Shown here piece by piece: positions 61,943 through 64,000 of a stretch of 64,000 nucleotides of DNA. Source of the stretch: Bacilli bacterium (GTDB lineage Bacteria; Bacillota_I; Bacilli_A; RF39; UBA660); the NCBI GenBank assembly GCA_017416535.1, contig JAFQCG010000005.1, positions 141,708 through 205,707 on the forward strand, given 5' to 3'. How positions within the stretch are numbered: position 1 is the stretch's first letter; each line of letters starts with the position of its first letter. The position numbers and the translations under genes are program-made. Under the pieces are notes generated by a model that saw nothing but the letters and a program-made list of their open reading frames with translations, did no database searches and was not told where the DNA came from.

Positions 61943-62767
61943 TTAATATCCTTCTTTTAATCCAGCACTATCATAGAATAAACTTCTTCCACCTTCTTGA
62001 TATTTTTTAGTATATCTAAAGTAGACAAAAATAGGTTTTCCGGTAGAAGTTATATACACGTAATTATCACATGTACAACGATCTTGATCAGCCATCTTTT
62101 TTGTTAACATAAATTCATCATCAAATTCATTAACAATATCTTTGTAGTTTATAAAGTTATCTTTTGTATACTCATTTACTTGCATCATTGATATAAATCC
62201 AACCTGATTTATTTGAGTATCATTTAAACTTTCTAAGAAATTAATTACTTCTTTTTTACTATCAATATAATCTTTTATTAGTAAACAATTTATTCGTAAG
62301 TCCGCTTTGCTCTTTAGTTGTTTTATTTTATCAAGTGTGATTGTTTTAGTTTGAAATACTTCATTATTTTTTTCATCTAAATAATGATGTCTACTTAATT
62401 GAATTGATTCAATTGGATACTTATTTAACATTGGAAGTGTTTTTTCTAATAATATACCATTGGTATTAAGTGTAATTCTGGGATCGTATTTTTTTAGTAG
62501 TTTTAATAAATCTTCCAAGTTTTCACAGTTTAGTAGAGTTTCTCCTCCGCTAATTGAAAATCTGCTTATTTTTTTATGTACTATGTCTATTATACTTTCC
62601 AACTCATTTAGATCTAATTTTCCAAAGTTCTTATTACATTCATTTGAACAAAATTTACATTTGGCATTACAAATATTTGTTACATTAATATAAAATGGAA
62701 ATTCATTACATGGTGAACATGCATATTCTTTTATATTATATTTTTTACCATTAACATCTAATTCCAC
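61943..62767 (-). CDS. radical SAM enzyme (small, 274 aa, no SPASM domain)
   Basis: CX3CX2C NICNAKCKFC, SISGGETLL (GGE motif). GTG start preceded by TAGGAAAT. Overlaps the 3' end of the repeat-peptide gene by 17 nt. Confidence 0.75.
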   Translation of the reverse strand: MELDVNGKKYNIKEYACSPCNEFPFYINVTNICNAKCKFCSNECNKNFGKLDLNELESIIDIVHKKISRFSISGGETLLNCENLEDLLKLLKKYDPRITLNTNGILLEKTLPMLNKYPIESIQLSRHHYLDEKNNEVFQTKTITLDKIKQLKSKADLRINCLLIKDYIDSKKEVINFLESLNDTQINQVGFISMMQVNEYTKDNFINYKDIVNEFDDEFMLTKKMADQDRCTCDNYVYITSTGKPIFVYFRYTKKYQEGGRSLFYDSAGLKEGY

Positions 62768-63188
62768 TTTGATTTCCTACTTCTTTATTTATTGGTAAAA
62801 TCATTTTTGAATAAGGTTTCTTACTTGAGAATGAGCTTCCACATGACGGATGTCCTCCAATGTTTCTATTATTTGAACTTCCACATGAAGGATGTCCTCC
62901 TCCATATCCCCAACCGCGACTCGAACCACAAGATGGGTGTCCTCCTCCATATCCATAATCATCATTTGATGTTCCACATGATGGATGTGCCATCATTGTA
63001 ATTTGATCACTTTCTTGAAAATAATTTTCATTAATTTCATATCCATGTTTTCTTAATGCTTTATTAAACACCTCTCTTGATTGTGGTGTTGCGAATAGGA
63101 ACGGACATAAATTTCCTAAATCTTCAACCGATTGAACTGGATTTTCTGAACGTCTAAATATTTTTTCAATTAATTGTTCTTGTTTCAT
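62751..63188 (-). CDS. 145-aa peptide with four tandem G-G-H-P-S-C-G-[ST]-S repeats; candidate radical-SAM-modified precursor or metal-binding repeat protein
   Basis: RBS GGAGGGAAAC before ATG 63188. About 67-aa N-terminal region, then AHPSCGTS...GGGHPSCGSS...GGGHPSCGSS...GGHPSCGSS, and a C-terminal Cys. DNA shows 4 copies of CCACATGA(A/T)GGATGTCC on plus. Confidence 0.6.
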   Translation of the reverse strand: MKQEQLIEKIFRRSENPVQSVEDLGNLCPFLFATPQSREVFNKALRKHGYEINENYFQESDQITMMAHPSCGTSNDDYGYGGGHPSCGSSRGWGYGGGHPSCGSSNNRNIGGHPSCGSSFSSKKPYSKMILPINKEVGNQSGIRC

Positions 63189-63212
63189 AAGTTTCCCTCC
63201 TGCTTTTATAAT

Positions 63213-63249
63213 AACACAAAAACTGATAAAAACAAAATGTTTTTATCAG
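63213..63249 (-). terminator. terminator (CTGATAAAAAC..GTTTTTATCAG plus U-run) separating the upstream membrane-protein gene from the repeat-peptide/rSAM unit
   Basis: 11-bp perfect stem with 4-nt loop, followed on minus by TTTTTGTGTT. Confidence 0.6.
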
Positions 63250-63265
63250 TTTGTTATAATTTTAT

Positions 63266-63982
63266 TTATTCGACTGTTTTATCTTCAATTATTGTATCGC
63301 AATATTCACATCTTACCTTGCTTCCTCTGTTAACATCATTGATTGCTCCACAATTTTCACATCTAATTGATATAAAGTCTTTTTCTTTTTTTGTCTTTTC
63401 TACTGTATAATATAAAATTTCTTTATCAACCTCATTAAGCTTGATACCATTAATTAAATCTTTATCATATAAATTTTTTAAGTCGTTAAACACTTTTTCT
63501 TTATATTTATCTAAATTTTTAATAGATGCACCTGGCATTCTAGCTGCCATTTCTTTTATAGTTAGGTGATTTTGATAGATAAATGGTTTGTATTTAATTA
63601 ATAATTCATTATCTTCTGGGCTACATGGTAGTAACATTCCATTAATGTGATCTATATGCAAATCACCAATTTGTCTTTTATTTTTTAAATATCTTATTTT
63701 TAAAATACATTCATCGTATGAACATCCTGCTTTTGCGGCAATCTTTTTAATATCTTTTTTCTTTTCAACTACGATTGCTTGATAAATTATGTTCATTTTC
63801 TTTTCAAATAATATATCTGCAGGAATAGAATGTTCATAAAACTTGGCATATCTTTGATATGACTCTTCATTTATGTTTTCACTATTTTTCAGATTGTTAT
63901 ATTTCTTTTTTACTTTGATTCTATTATCTATTGAAATTATTACTATTATTAAAATTAAAGCAATTATAAATACATTTTCCAT
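63266..63982 (-). CDS. membrane-anchored protein with C-terminal zinc-ribbon (CxxC...CxxC)
   Basis: N-terminal TM FIIALILIIVIISI; C-terminal CENCGAINDVNRGSKVRCEYCDT. Confidence 0.45.
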   Translation of the reverse strand: MENVFIIALILIIVIISIDNRIKVKKKYNNLKNSENINEESYQRYAKFYEHSIPADILFEKKMNIIYQAIVVEKKKDIKKIAAKAGCSYDECILKIRYLKNKRQIGDLHIDHINGMLLPCSPEDNELLIKYKPFIYQNHLTIKEMAARMPGASIKNLDKYKEKVFNDLKNLYDKDLINGIKLNEVDKEILYYTVEKTKKEKDFISIRCENCGAINDVNRGSKVRCEYCDTIIEDKTVE

Positions 63983-64000
63983 ACTCTACTCCTTATTTAT

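Noticed and set aside
61943-63188. Possibility that the rSAM is an anaerobic sulfatase-maturating enzyme or a glycyl-radical activase acting on a neighbouring enzyme
   Set aside because: There is no sulfatase or glycyl-radical enzyme gene nearby, the peptide lacks the C/S-x-P-x-R sulfatase motif, and the rSAM lacks the SPASM/twitch Cys clusters of anSMEs. Translational coupling to the repeat peptide favours a peptide-modifying role, but this remains unproven.

Overview
The window is AT-rich (about 28-30% GC) and looks like a Bacillota genome, possibly Erysipelotrichia-like; the taxon is only a guess. Nearly every gene is on the minus strand and many ORF-track starts are TTG/GTG. I see no rRNA, tRNA or CRISPR array.

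Gene content in order:
- A cell-envelope block (1-37 kb): partial GH25 muramidase, P1B-type metal ATPase, a PfkB-kinase/IMPase fusion, a RhuM/Fic-Doc protein, FemAB, a DAG-kinase-like lipid kinase, and a roughly 12.5-kb wall-polysaccharide cluster. The cluster has a frameshifted pyruvyl transferase, a Wzt/Wzm exporter, five glycosyltransferases (two with unusual fusions) and a large polytopic protein. It is followed by a kinase-less PASTA protein, a 1179-aa GH73 autolysin, an LCP transferase, LtaS, YihY/BrkB and a degenerate-GGDEF sensor.
- A housekeeping block (37.5-46.8 kb): gatCAB, ligA, a sugar nucleotidyltransferase and pcrA, in Bacillus-like synteny.
- A thioester-domain (TED) adhesin-sortase operon whose adhesin ends in a non-canonical VPDTA sorting motif.
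- A roughly 6-kb mobile element inserted precisely into an NMT1-type ABC substrate-binding gene. It has a GA(A) flank, 17-bp terminal inverted repeats and a 310-aa serine recombinase. Its cargo is a TasA/camelysin fibre protein, a SipW-type signal peptidase fused to a polytopic domain, and a DUF5305-like protein. Deleting it in silico restores the ORF.
- An Asn-like T-box leader with a consensus sigma-A promoter driving an unknown 286-aa protein upstream of asnA.
- At the 3' end, a candidate RiPP-like module: a 145-aa peptide with four tandem GG-HPSCG[ST]S repeats translationally coupled to a 274-aa radical SAM enzyme with no SPASM domain. This is the most likely undescribed system in the window.
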